From a virus (Duplodnaviria > Caudoviricetes), in IMG/VR virus record IMGVR_UViG_3300002092_001354, positions 1 through 61,080 of that record: DNA of 61,080 bases; one strand, written 5' to 3'. Below the pieces are notes generated by a model, which worked only from the letters and a program-made list of their open reading frames with translations, had not been told where the DNA came from and searched no databases. Shown here one piece after another: positions 1-9,476 of the stretch. Position 1 is the first letter of the stretch. Each line of letters starts with the position of its first letter. Both the position numbers and the translations under genes were made by a program.

Positions 1-150
1 AGAAGGATATAAACAAATATCGTCAGGGACTGACGATTACAGACGTGGAGATGAAATAAGACCAACTTCAGTTGGCACAATCGGTGAAACGTCTAAAATT
101 CAGGGGGTTATCCCTGAATCCCAAGAATTAATAATTCTCGGGTAGTTCAA
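1..150 (+). mobile_element. Right end of an IS200/IS605-family (TnpB) element, including the omega-RNA region
   Basis: Two hairpins, TTCAGGG..CCCTGAA (99-118) and CCCAAGAATTA-A-TAATTCTCGGG (120-142), are followed by TAGTTCAA ending at 150. The intact tnpB at the other window edge has the same GGGTAGTTCA end. Confidence 0.75.
2..145 (+). CDS. tnpB: TnpB C-terminal tail (partial, begins before the window)
   Basis: The frame from nt 2 reads EGYKQISSGTDDYRRGDEIRPTSVGTIGETSKIQGVIPESQELIILG*, resembling the post-RuvC-III tail of TnpB. The stop lies at the base of the terminal hairpin. No catalytic motif is inside the window. Confidence 0.65.
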   Translation, partial: EGYKQISSGTDDYRRGDEIRPTSVGTIGETSKIQGVIPESQELIILG

Positions 151-169
151 GATAATAACATTTTAGTAA

Positions 170-1444
170 ATGACAACGAATATTTTAATTAACAACATAT
201 CGGGAGCATCACCATTTAACATTTATTTGTGTGACCCATCAAATATTACCTGTATCTATATTGATACAATACCTTCGTCGTCATTACCTTATAACTTTGA
301 GGTTCCTATTATTATGGGAACTCAAACATCATTTAGTTTAAAAGTTGTTGATAGTAATAGTTGTACGTTTTACCAAACTTTAAATGTTGTAGACACAACA
401 CCATACCAATTCTTGCCAAATGGGTTTTATTTTACAGATGAAGTAAATAACGATACTTTCGCCTACGTATACGGTGAATTTACAGGGTATACTTATAATA
501 ACACTTCAGTTAATCGTTTAGTTAAATTAAATCAAGATTTAACTGTTGATTATTCATTTACTGGTGGTACAGGATTTAATACGGACTTTTACGCATATAA
601 TTCAATAACACAACAACCTGACGGTAAATTAATCGTAACAGGTAATTTCACTGATTATAGCGGTGTCTCATTAAATAGGATTGTTAGATTAAATACCGAT
701 GGTTCAATAGATAACACATTTTCAGTTGGAACAGGATTTAGTAATTTATCATCAGGGTCCGCAGTAGACTCAACAGGTAAAATAGTTATTGTGGGTAGTT
801 TTGGTTCATATAGTGGGGTTTCATCACCAAGAATTATTAGATTAAATACTGACGGAACTATTGATAACACATTTAGTGTCGGTACAGGTTTTAATAATGC
901 TGCAATCGACGTATTAATTAATTCTGACGATACTATGTTTGTTACAGGATACTTTAATTCATATAACGGTACCGCAGTGTCACAAGGAATTACTAAATTA
1001 TTGTCTACAGGAGCAATTGACGTATCATTTAGTGGGGGTATTGGATTTAATACTGGAGTTTATCAACCAAATGGTTTAATGAGAATTTCAGGAGAAACAT
1101 CATTCTACAGTTTTGGATATTTTACAACTTTTGATGGTATAAATGAATTTAAACTTGCCAAATTTTTTGGTGACGGTTCTCTTGACGAATTATTTAATTT
1201 AGGTGAGGTTGGGTTTAACGGTGATATATATTATGGATGTATTATTTGGACAAATAAATTGTTATTAACAGGAGCATTTACTGAATACAACGGTATATCA
1301 TCAAATGGAACTATTATATTAAATTCTGATGGTACGATTTACCAAACATTTGATAATTTATATCAAGGTGTATTTTTTATTGGAAATAAATTATATGGTC
1401 AACAAAGTGGAATACCTATTGAATTAATATTTACATACCCATAA
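170..1444 (+). CDS. Delta-60 (DUF5122-like) repeat beta-propeller protein, probably virion-associated
   Basis: Repeats QPDGKLIVTGNFTDYSG..RIVRLNTDGSIDNTFSVGTGF occur several times. The N-terminal module of about 75 aa resembles ORF 3516. Confidence 0.8.
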   Translation: MTTNILINNISGASPFNIYLCDPSNITCIYIDTIPSSSLPYNFEVPIIMGTQTSFSLKVVDSNSCTFYQTLNVVDTTPYQFLPNGFYFTDEVNNDTFAYVYGEFTGYTYNNTSVNRLVKLNQDLTVDYSFTGGTGFNTDFYAYNSITQQPDGKLIVTGNFTDYSGVSLNRIVRLNTDGSIDNTFSVGTGFSNLSSGSAVDSTGKIVIVGSFGSYSGVSSPRIIRLNTDGTIDNTFSVGTGFNNAAIDVLINSDDTMFVTGYFNSYNGTAVSQGITKLLSTGAIDVSFSGGIGFNTGVYQPNGLMRISGETSFYSFGYFTTFDGINEFKLAKFFGDGSLDELFNLGEVGFNGDIYYGCIIWTNKLLLTGAFTEYNGISSNGTIILNSDGTIYQTFDNLYQGVFFIGNKLYGQQSGIPIELIFTYP

Positions 1445-1468
1445 TCTATAGAAATTAATTAAAATAAT

Positions 1469-3508
1469 ATGCCTTGTAGTTCAATATATTGTATAAATAA
1501 CACCGGTTTAGTTGGAGCCGACGACACCTATATAACAGGTGGAACCCATAATGGTTACACTTATTGGTCGGGACAAACTAATGGGTGGGTGATTTTTTAT
1601 TCAACCGGAACAACTATCCAATGGTGTTTATCAGACACTTTTAGTGGAACTTGTTCATTAGCAGGAAAAACACCTTGTTATAGTGAATGCCCTGATTTAA
1701 ATAACGCTTATTTTAATTCCGGAGTATGTTCAACACCAACACCTACTCCAACACAAAATTGTAGTGTTTTAGATTTTAACGCAATATTTGACTGTGAATT
1801 TATCCCAACACCAACACCAACGCCAACCGCAAGTATCACCCCAACACCAACAATTACTCCAACGGCAACAAACCCTTGTTCTATTATTGGAATTGACGCT
1901 ATCGCCTATAGATTACCTGAAACATTACCATTAATGGTTGACAATAATACCTCATTACAGGTATTTGAACCTTTAACAATTATGAATTGTGGTGTTTCTG
2001 GTGATGTAACATTTAACTTAATTAACGATGATATTGTTTGTAGTAATATTAAAATATTTCAAGATTGTTATAATTCTGAATTATATTATTGTTCTAACGT
2101 AACTCAACTACCCGGAGAATCATTGGGATTATTCCAAGTATACGGAGCTTTAGTCAATAATGAATCTAAATGTATATCATATATAGGTGATAGTGATAAT
2201 AATGTAGATATCAATATAAATCAAATTATTATTAACACAACATCATTTGGAAACGTTAATGATGGTAAATGTATTTTGTGTATAACATATGTGCCACCAT
2301 CACCAACACCAACACCAACTTCAACAGTTACACCTACCGTTACACCAACAATGACGTTGACACCAACAATGACTCCGACACCTGACGCTTCACCAACCCC
2401 TACACCAACAATGACAATGACAATGACGCCAACTATGACTCAAACACCAACTATGACACCAAGTTCAACTCCAAGTTGTTCTAATGATACTCTTGAAAGG
2501 TCTAGCGCTGGCGGTTTTTATCAACCAATGTTTATGTGTAAGGATAATTCAGGAAACTATTTTACCTCAGATAATACTCCATTTATCAAGTATTTTATAA
2601 ATTATTCAAATTCACAACCATTAGTGGGGACTAATGCGTTTAAATTATCTTATAATAACACAACACCAAGCGTAACTGCAGATTCAAATATAGTTTATAA
2701 TTCAACAAATAACAAGTTGTATGTTTTTGCCGGTAGTTACGCTGGTGTATTTGTTTTAGATTTAAATACTTGGGCACCAGGTGTTGTGTCTACATCAACA
2801 ACTAGAATCAATGTAGATTACATATATAATGGTTTCTCTCAACCAACCACTATTGAAGGTATGGTATATAATAGTATTAACAACAGAGTGTATTTTATAA
2901 CAACAATGACTAACCGAAACATTGGTTATATAGATTGTTCAACAAACACAGTCACATATTTAGACACAACACTTTGGGGTATTTATCCCGGTAATATAAG
3001 TTCAATGGTCTATAACCCATTAGTGAACAAAATATATTTAAAAGGTAATACAATGGGGCAATCGTTAAAAATTATTGATTGTCAATCAAATACAGTATCA
3101 ACAATAAGTATAGGTGGCACTACAATTCATTCAATGTCTCTTAAACCAAATACAAACACATTATATATACTTATAACACCAAACATCGTTATCGAATTTA
3201 ATTGTGCAACAAACACTTATATAACTTGGCCATCAACGTCATCACCTAAACCCTTCGGTTTTGAAGGTAACTCAACATATAATATATTTAACGATAAAAT
3301 ATACGTATCTATATCAACAACATCTTACGGTGGGGTATTAATAGTTGATACTATTACTAAAAACATAACAAGTGTTACTAATTGGCCATCTAATCAAATA
3401 GGGTGGGGTATAATTTCAACAAACAACTCTTCTAATAAAATATTTGTTTTTAGCACTGGTTCTGAAGGATACGAATTAAAACAGATTTGTGGGTCACCAC
3501 ACTCATAA
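1469..3508 (+). CDS. Cys-rich fibre/adhesin-like protein with Pro/Thr linkers and a C-terminal YVTN-like beta-propeller
   Basis: PTPTPT linkers; C-terminal repeats YNSTNNKLYV, YNSINNRVYF, YNPLVNKIYL and IIDCQSNTVSTISIG. Confidence 0.6.
   Translation: MPCSSIYCINNTGLVGADDTYITGGTHNGYTYWSGQTNGWVIFYSTGTTIQWCLSDTFSGTCSLAGKTPCYSECPDLNNAYFNSGVCSTPTPTPTQNCSVLDFNAIFDCEFIPTPTPTPTASITPTPTITPTATNPCSIIGIDAIAYRLPETLPLMVDNNTSLQVFEPLTIMNCGVSGDVTFNLINDDIVCSNIKIFQDCYNSELYYCSNVTQLPGESLGLFQVYGALVNNESKCISYIGDSDNNVDININQIIINTTSFGNVNDGKCILCITYVPPSPTPTPTSTVTPTVTPTMTLTPTMTPTPDASPTPTPTMTMTMTPTMTQTPTMTPSSTPSCSNDTLERSSAGGFYQPMFMCKDNSGNYFTSDNTPFIKYFINYSNSQPLVGTNAFKLSYNNTTPSVTADSNIVYNSTNNKLYVFAGSYAGVFVLDLNTWAPGVVSTSTTRINVDYIYNGFSQPTTIEGMVYNSINNRVYFITTMTNRNIGYIDCSTNTVTYLDTTLWGIYPGNISSMVYNPLVNKIYLKGNTMGQSLKIIDCQSNTVSTISIGGTTIHSMSLKPNTNTLYILITPNIVIEFNCATNTYITWPSTSSPKPFGFEGNSTYNIFNDKIYVSISTTSYGGVLIVDTITKNITSVTNWPSNQIGWGIISTNNSSNKIFVFSTGSEGYELKQICGSPHS
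2342..2457 (+). repeat. 116-bp repeat copy A, inverted relative to 14183-14298
   Basis: Manual alignment gives 112/116 identity to the reverse complement of 14183-14298. It encodes [39 protein letters not shown]. Confidence 0.9.
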
Positions 3509-3515
3509 CTAATTT

Positions 3516-3818
3516 ATGACAACAATTGACATCACAAATATTACAGGATTAAATTATCCATATAACATTTATGTCTGTGACATCTATGGTAACAATTGTA
3601 TATTAATTGCAACAGTTTCTACAAATATCCCACCAACTAATACCATATTATTACCACCACCATTTAATATGGCACCATCTGTTGGTATTAAAATAATAAC
3701 ATCCGATGGCTGCGTAAAATTTAAAGTGTTTGACTGTACGGTACCAATATCAAAACAATTTCAAGATTATGAATTTTTTGATTTTATGGATGGTATAAGT
3801 TATGATTTTCAAAATTAA
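3516..3818 (+). CDS. Small Cys-containing putative virion protein (stand-alone N-terminal module)
   Basis: ITNITGLNYPYNIYVCDIYGNNCILIATV aligns with INNISGASPFNIYLCDPSNITCIYIDTI of ORF 170. Confidence 0.6.
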   Translation: MTTIDITNITGLNYPYNIYVCDIYGNNCILIATVSTNIPPTNTILLPPPFNMAPSVGIKIITSDGCVKFKVFDCTVPISKQFQDYEFFDFMDGISYDFQN

Positions 3819-3820
3819 AG

Positions 3821-3827
3821 TATTTAT
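3821..3827 (+). promoter_or_regulatory. TATTTAT promoter-like motif (representative + strand copy)
   Basis: The same motif lies shortly upstream of starts at 5171, 9465 and 11921 (+) and at many - strand starts. Confidence 0.6.
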
Positions 3828-3841
3828 AATAAAAATATAGA

Positions 3842-4810
3842 ATGAGATTAACAGATAGAACTATTGCAACCGGTATAACAAAAGAAGATTTAATACATAT
3901 TGTAATCACGGGTGATACAACACAAAGTCCTGAAGGTTCTTCGTATAAAGCCAAAGTAGGTCAATTACTTGAGTTATATAGTTTGCCTGTACCATTAGTT
4001 AAACTTCAATCATTTTTTCTTGGTGGTGGTTCTGATGTTGTGACTCTAAATCTTGACAATACCGTTGGGAATGATGTAAAGTTAATAAACCCCCCGTCAA
4101 TTACTACACAAGATTTGTCACAAGAACAAATTGACCACGGAGTGTTTGTTGAAATGGTTCAATATAAAATGAAAGGTGGTACACTTAATAACCCTAAAGG
4201 TGGTGGATATATTGTTCAACCTAGAATGGAAGATGATGGTTTTGGTAATATAACCAATGAACTACAAAATAGAATTATGACTTATTATGGTAAAACCATT
4301 AATAATAGAGGTGGTATTCAAACATATTATGACACGCCAGGGTTAACAATACCATTAATCACCCCAAGAATGAATCATTATCAGGTACAAGATATAAATG
4401 AATCAGTCGATTTAACAGATTATTTTAAAGGTAGATATACATATACAAGAATTAAATATTGGAATGGTACAGATGTAGCGTTATCAGATGTACCAGTACC
4501 ATTCACAAATAAATCTAAAAATGTAAATACTAAAATAAAATCAGGTAATAGCGGTACACCTTATCGTCTATGTTATACAGGTAATTTAACCTCGTTATAT
4601 GTGGCCTTTAGATATTTAATGTTTGACCCATATTCTAATAATGGAAAAGGTAAATTTATTGAGGGCCCTTTAAGTAAAACAATTAAGGTAACTAACAAAT
4701 TTTTTCCATTCTTAAAAACACCAACAGATGGTATTTGTACTGTAAATACAGAGTTTACCTCATCAACAAATAATACTTTAATCAGATTTAGTTTTGTAAA
4801 TAATTCTTAA
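3842..4810 (+). CDS. Hypothetical protein, possibly fibre-like
   Basis: 322-aa ORF within the fibre cluster, preceded by TATTTAT. No firm family recognised. Confidence 0.55.
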   Translation: MRLTDRTIATGITKEDLIHIVITGDTTQSPEGSSYKAKVGQLLELYSLPVPLVKLQSFFLGGGSDVVTLNLDNTVGNDVKLINPPSITTQDLSQEQIDHGVFVEMVQYKMKGGTLNNPKGGGYIVQPRMEDDGFGNITNELQNRIMTYYGKTINNRGGIQTYYDTPGLTIPLITPRMNHYQVQDINESVDLTDYFKGRYTYTRIKYWNGTDVALSDVPVPFTNKSKNVNTKIKSGNSGTPYRLCYTGNLTSLYVAFRYLMFDPYSNNGKGKFIEGPLSKTIKVTNKFFPFLKTPTDGICTVNTEFTSSTNNTLIRFSFVNNS

Positions 4811-4815
4811 TATAA

Positions 4816-4908
4816 TTTAGTGCGTTACTCTCAGGAGTAATGATTTTTTAGTGCGTTACTCTCAGGAGTAATGATTTTTTAGTGTGTCACCCCAAGGGGT
4901 GATACTTA
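4816..4908. repeat. Three tandem 31-bp hairpin units between convergent genes
   Basis: TTTAGTGCGTTACTCTCAGGAGTAATGATTT occurs twice exactly (4816-4846, 4847-4877). A diverged third unit, TTTAGTGTGTCACCCCAAGGGGTGATACTTA, still folds. Confidence 0.85.
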
Positions 4909-4911
4909 TTT

Positions 4912-5094
4912 TTATAGAGTTTCGTCTTTTGGTTTTTTACCTAAGTTTTCATATATCCTTAAAAGTTTTAAGGACTCGTAGTAATTTTTTTCAAGACGTT
5001 CCAATTCTTTTTCCGGAACACCTTTGTCACAAGCCAATTCATATAATTCTTTAGCTTCTGTAACAATATTTGATATGGTACTAATAAGTTTCAT
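4912..5094 (-). CDS. Small hypothetical protein (60 aa from MKLISTI)
   Basis: The ATG at 5094 directly follows GATATTTATAGAT. It is the only credible - strand gene in the + block. Confidence 0.6.
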   Translation of the reverse strand: MKLISTISNIVTEAKELYELACDKGVPEKELERLEKNYYESLKLLRIYENLGKKPKDETL

Positions 5095-5197
5095 ATCTAT
5101 AAATATCGCCAATCACACCATTTATTAAAAGTAAATGTCAATTATATTTTAATAAAATCAAACTTTAGATTATTTATAGTAAAATAAGAAATATAAA

Positions 5198-5872
5198 ATG
5201 GTAGGGAATAACATATATTACTTTGAATCTTGTTGTGGAAATGTTCCATCTTTTGGTATATCAAGTGGTGAAACAACAACGCCTTGGACTAATTTTATAA
5301 ATACCGTTGGAAGTACATATGCGGTTGTTATAGATAATGTGTTCTCAGGATGTGTAACATATAGTGGTGTAACATCAACACCATTAGAAGGATTAACAAT
5401 TTACACTCCAAGACCAACTTTTTATGTTTATGATTGTGATGTTTGTATTCAAATATATCCGTGTTTTACCTCACCACCGGTTCATATACCTGTAATAACT
5501 GGACATATAAATGAATGTGGTGTAATTACAATTATGCCGATGCTCGTTGAGTGTATGTCAAGTCCACCATCATCAGCACAATCATCAGATGGTGAAGTTT
5601 CGGTGATAATTTCAGGTGGAACGTCTCCCTATACTATTTATTGGTCTTCATCAACAAATCCAACTATGGGTATTCACCCCGCGTTACATAATTTACCAAA
5701 CGGTACTTATGCCGCAACTGTTGTTGATTATTATGGAGATTTTACTGAAACAGTTTATTGTACAATAAATACTAATAAAGATTGTAATTTTAACGCAACC
5801 ATAACCGAATACATTGTCGATGAATGTATTCCAACCGCAATGTCCGGATACACATTCGATATAACAAATTAA
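5198..5872 (+). CDS. Cys-rich protein with one SprB-like repeat
   Basis: DGEVSVIISGGTSPYTIYWS..NLPNGTYAATVVD. Confidence 0.65.
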   Translation: MVGNNIYYFESCCGNVPSFGISSGETTTPWTNFINTVGSTYAVVIDNVFSGCVTYSGVTSTPLEGLTIYTPRPTFYVYDCDVCIQIYPCFTSPPVHIPVITGHINECGVITIMPMLVECMSSPPSSAQSSDGEVSVIISGGTSPYTIYWSSSTNPTMGIHPALHNLPNGTYAATVVDYYGDFTETVYCTINTNKDCNFNATITEYIVDECIPTAMSGYTFDITN

Positions 5873-5877
5873 TTTAT

Positions 5878-8121
5878 ATGTCTTTTTCAGCTGCAACTTG
5901 TATAACATTTAATGGGTTACCACCATCACCTCAAGTAGGTCCTTTTACAATTTATTATGATAGTGGTCACACTGAAGTTATATTATCTAATGTTAATTTA
6001 TCTGAGTTAACACCACCAAATTGCCCATACATTATTTCAAACATAGATGATGGGACAGAATTTTTTTATTTTAAAGACCAAAACAATTATTGTTTTACAA
6101 TTTCAGTTCAAGATAACGATATTTGTAGTAATTGTAATTTAGGATTATCTCAATATTCCTCAACAACAATAACAAGATTATCTTGTGGTGTTTTAACAGG
6201 GTCTTGTCAAAATATTACGGACTATGTTATTCATTGGTATGGACCAAACGATACAACAACATTAGCATTAACTTCGGGTGGTGGGAATATTTTTTCAGGT
6301 GAATATGAGCACATTCACCCTTTTTTAAATAATAACTCAGTACCTTTACCCGAAGGTGTATATACGCCCGTTATTGAAAAGATAATCTTAAGTGGTTTAA
6401 CTTTTTCAAACACAGGTGGTACTAATAATATTTTAGTGGATTTAAACACTTGTTTACCTTCAACCACCATACAACCATTAACTTGTAGTAATAAAACTAA
6501 TTTTACCAATGAGTTCACAGGATATAATCATTTTATATCGTATGATTTTAACAGTTCAAATTTACCTGTACCTGTTATAATGACATATAAAGTTTCCTCC
6601 TCGACTAAATTTATTGGATGGAAATTTAAAGGTGAAACTAATCCAGATAGAATACAAATTAAATTTAGTGGTGCCTCATATGGTACAAATATTATTGGTT
6701 TAGATGACGTTATAGTTGGAAGTAATCTTACATCATCAAATTTTAACCCAACTGTTTTCCCTAAATCAGCCTCAACATCATATTATTTTACAAAGTTAAC
6801 TTGTTTAACCGGTTTAACCGTTAACGATAATGACAATATTTTAATAACTGTGACACCAGCATCTACAGATACTAAATGGTCGTTATATTCAACTTGTATA
6901 TCTAATTTTGACTGTAACACTTGTTTAACAAGTAATGACTATAAAATAATTGGGTCAACCATTACGGGAATAACAGGTAGTTGTAAATCAACAATTAAAT
7001 TTTCAATATCAGGATGTAACGAAAATATATATAAATCAAGTGATTTATATAAATATTATTTTGACCCGTACAGTATTGATGGTGATTACCAATACGTTAA
7101 TTATACTTTTAGTAACATTAATATAATAGTTGATTACCCCTATATGAACCCACTTCAATTTATTAGTGCAGATTATTTAATTAATCAAAATGTTTGTTAT
7201 GAAATCCCACTGTATACCATAACAAGTTCTTGCACTGGAGACACAAATAACGTTATTTATGAAAAAACTTTTGTTGGTGGTGTGGGGTCAAAAGGTATCT
7301 ATAATATAACAGGTTCATCAACAGTTATATCCTCATACTATAATAGTTGGAGTAATCTTTTAACAAATTATTCAGGTAGTTCGTCATCAACTGATGTGAA
7401 TTATTATAGGTTGTTTTTTATGAACATTCCTGGCAAATTAACATCAAATAATTGTAATGAAAGTCCATCAGTCACTAGAATAGAAGTTCATCCTTCATCA
7501 AAAGTAACTACAGGTATAACAAATAATGGTAGTTATTATTTTAAATTAACTGCAGAAACAATTTCTAATAATTTTTCAGCGGTAACTAATTGTGATATTA
7601 ATTGTCTTTCAAAAAGTAATGGGTTTGTTGATAGAGCAAATGAATCATCAACGGGGACAACATTAGATTACGGTAATTATCGTAGGGAGTTTATATATGA
7701 CCCAACAACAAATAAATACGGGGTTTATTATACTAACGGATTTTATTGGTGTCAAGCAATGAATAAATATAATACAACTATATCCGCACAAACAATTGGT
7801 GGTCTATTCTATACAAATCATTGGACAACAAATACAATACCATATTCAGGTATTAGTAATACATTAATTCCCCCATTTTCAGGTACGCTTTGTAATTACA
7901 ATACTTTAGGAGGTAAAATCACCCCTTATAAAAATTCGTATTATAATGAATACAATTTATTCAATTATTTTATAATAAAACCAAATACATCTGATTTTGA
8001 AATATGGGCATCACCTATTGTTAATTTTAGTGCAAATACAAATTTTAACTCAGCTATTTTAGCTTACAGATATTCCGGAGGAAGTGCAACAACTATTAAT
8101 CCAACATATATTATTACATAA
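5878..8121 (+). CDS. Large Cys/Thr/Ser-rich putative virion fibre protein
   Basis: Likely start MSFSAATC lies 5 nt after the upstream stop. N-terminal GPFTIYY motif is shared with ORF 8124. Confidence 0.6.
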   Translation: MSFSAATCITFNGLPPSPQVGPFTIYYDSGHTEVILSNVNLSELTPPNCPYIISNIDDGTEFFYFKDQNNYCFTISVQDNDICSNCNLGLSQYSSTTITRLSCGVLTGSCQNITDYVIHWYGPNDTTTLALTSGGGNIFSGEYEHIHPFLNNNSVPLPEGVYTPVIEKIILSGLTFSNTGGTNNILVDLNTCLPSTTIQPLTCSNKTNFTNEFTGYNHFISYDFNSSNLPVPVIMTYKVSSSTKFIGWKFKGETNPDRIQIKFSGASYGTNIIGLDDVIVGSNLTSSNFNPTVFPKSASTSYYFTKLTCLTGLTVNDNDNILITVTPASTDTKWSLYSTCISNFDCNTCLTSNDYKIIGSTITGITGSCKSTIKFSISGCNENIYKSSDLYKYYFDPYSIDGDYQYVNYTFSNINIIVDYPYMNPLQFISADYLINQNVCYEIPLYTITSSCTGDTNNVIYEKTFVGGVGSKGIYNITGSSTVISSYYNSWSNLLTNYSGSSSSTDVNYYRLFFMNIPGKLTSNNCNESPSVTRIEVHPSSKVTTGITNNGSYYFKLTAETISNNFSAVTNCDINCLSKSNGFVDRANESSTGTTLDYGNYRREFIYDPTTNKYGVYYTNGFYWCQAMNKYNTTISAQTIGGLFYTNHWTTNTIPYSGISNTLIPPFSGTLCNYNTLGGKITPYKNSYYNEYNLFNYFIIKPNTSDFEIWASPIVNFSANTNFNSAILAYRYSGGSATTINPTYIIT

Positions 8122-8123
8122 TT

Positions 8124-9452
8124 ATGAGTACTACTAAACATTATACTATACAAATAAATGGTGGGTCAACATCACCAGGTCCGTATACCATTTATTATGG
8201 TTCATTCCCTAACCCTCCATTATTTACAGGTTCTATTGTACCCCCTATTTATCCAATAGGAACACCAATAGAATTAGCGGAAAATAAAGGATTAATTGAA
8301 TTACAATTTGGTATAACTGTTGAAGTCCCGTTGTCAACAACTGTTTTATATCTATACAATCAACTTTGCCCTGAAAATACAATTACTTTAGTACCAACTA
8401 ACAATATTGTTTATAAAGATTTTTGTATGTCATTTGAAAATCGTACAATTTATGAAGTTATTCAATTTACTTATGCCGGAATAAACTTGATAAACAATAC
8501 TCCTTATTGGTGGAATAACGTAAATCATAATATTACAATAAAATGGAACGGTTCTAATTGGATATTAAATGGTTATCAACCATATACATCAACTTCGGCA
8601 ACTATACAATCATCTGCGTCTGTCACTTCAAACCCACCAATAAATGGTTGGGACTCATTTGGTTATACTCCAGATGAAAAAGTTAATATTACAACAATAG
8701 AAGATACTTGTCCACCAATATCTCAGAAACAATCTTACCCTGCTAGTATTAACCAACCAACTTGTTTGTGTGATGGTAGTATTTTATTTAACCCTAATTT
8801 AAATAACCCCCCATTCACATATTCAATAAATAATGGTGTTACATATAGTGATTCCCCAATATTTACAAATTTATGTTCAGGAATTTATAGTTTATCTATT
8901 TTAGATTCATTAGGTAATAATTTTAATAAAACAATTACTTTAAATAAACCGACACTTGCAACAACATATACGTTATCTTTGAATACTACACCAACCACTC
9001 AAATTAATAATCCAACAACTATTTCTAAAACTTATGAGACAACTATTTTAGTAACACCGGAACTACCGGATGGTACCACATTATATTTTGATTTTGTACA
9101 TAATAATAGTTTTTACTCAGGGCCATTAAGTGGTACATCAATACTAACAACAGGCACATTATTATATAAAAATGAAATGTCGATTCCATTATCAACAACA
9201 TTTAGTGGTGAATCAACATCAGTTAATACATCACCGGGTTGTCAAAACACAACAATATATCAATATAGTACTTCAGACTCTTGGAATACATTAGAATTAA
9301 CAAATAGCGACATTATAACAATTACCACATCAACTAGAGTAGATAAGACCACATTAGGTCTTTGTGTTGTTGGATATAGTGATGACACATACTCAATTAC
9401 TAACGCTCGTATAGCGGGCTGTGATTGTTGTACAATATTAATTAACACATAA
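8124..9452 (+). CDS. Putative virion protein with an SprB-like repeat
   Basis: QPTCLCDGSI..PPFTYSINNG..FTNLCSGIYSLSILDSLG. Confidence 0.6.
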   Translation: MSTTKHYTIQINGGSTSPGPYTIYYGSFPNPPLFTGSIVPPIYPIGTPIELAENKGLIELQFGITVEVPLSTTVLYLYNQLCPENTITLVPTNNIVYKDFCMSFENRTIYEVIQFTYAGINLINNTPYWWNNVNHNITIKWNGSNWILNGYQPYTSTSATIQSSASVTSNPPINGWDSFGYTPDEKVNITTIEDTCPPISQKQSYPASINQPTCLCDGSILFNPNLNNPPFTYSINNGVTYSDSPIFTNLCSGIYSLSILDSLGNNFNKTITLNKPTLATTYTLSLNTTPTTQINNPTTISKTYETTILVTPELPDGTTLYFDFVHNNSFYSGPLSGTSILTTGTLLYKNEMSIPLSTTFSGESTSVNTSPGCQNTTIYQYSTSDSWNTLELTNSDIITITTSTRVDKTTLGLCVVGYSDDTYSITNARIAGCDCCTILINT

Positions 9453-9476
9453 TCAAAATTATAATATTTATACAGT

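Noticed and set aside
4816-4908. Possible mini CRISPR array
   Set aside because: The units abut directly with no spacers, and there are no cas genes in the window.
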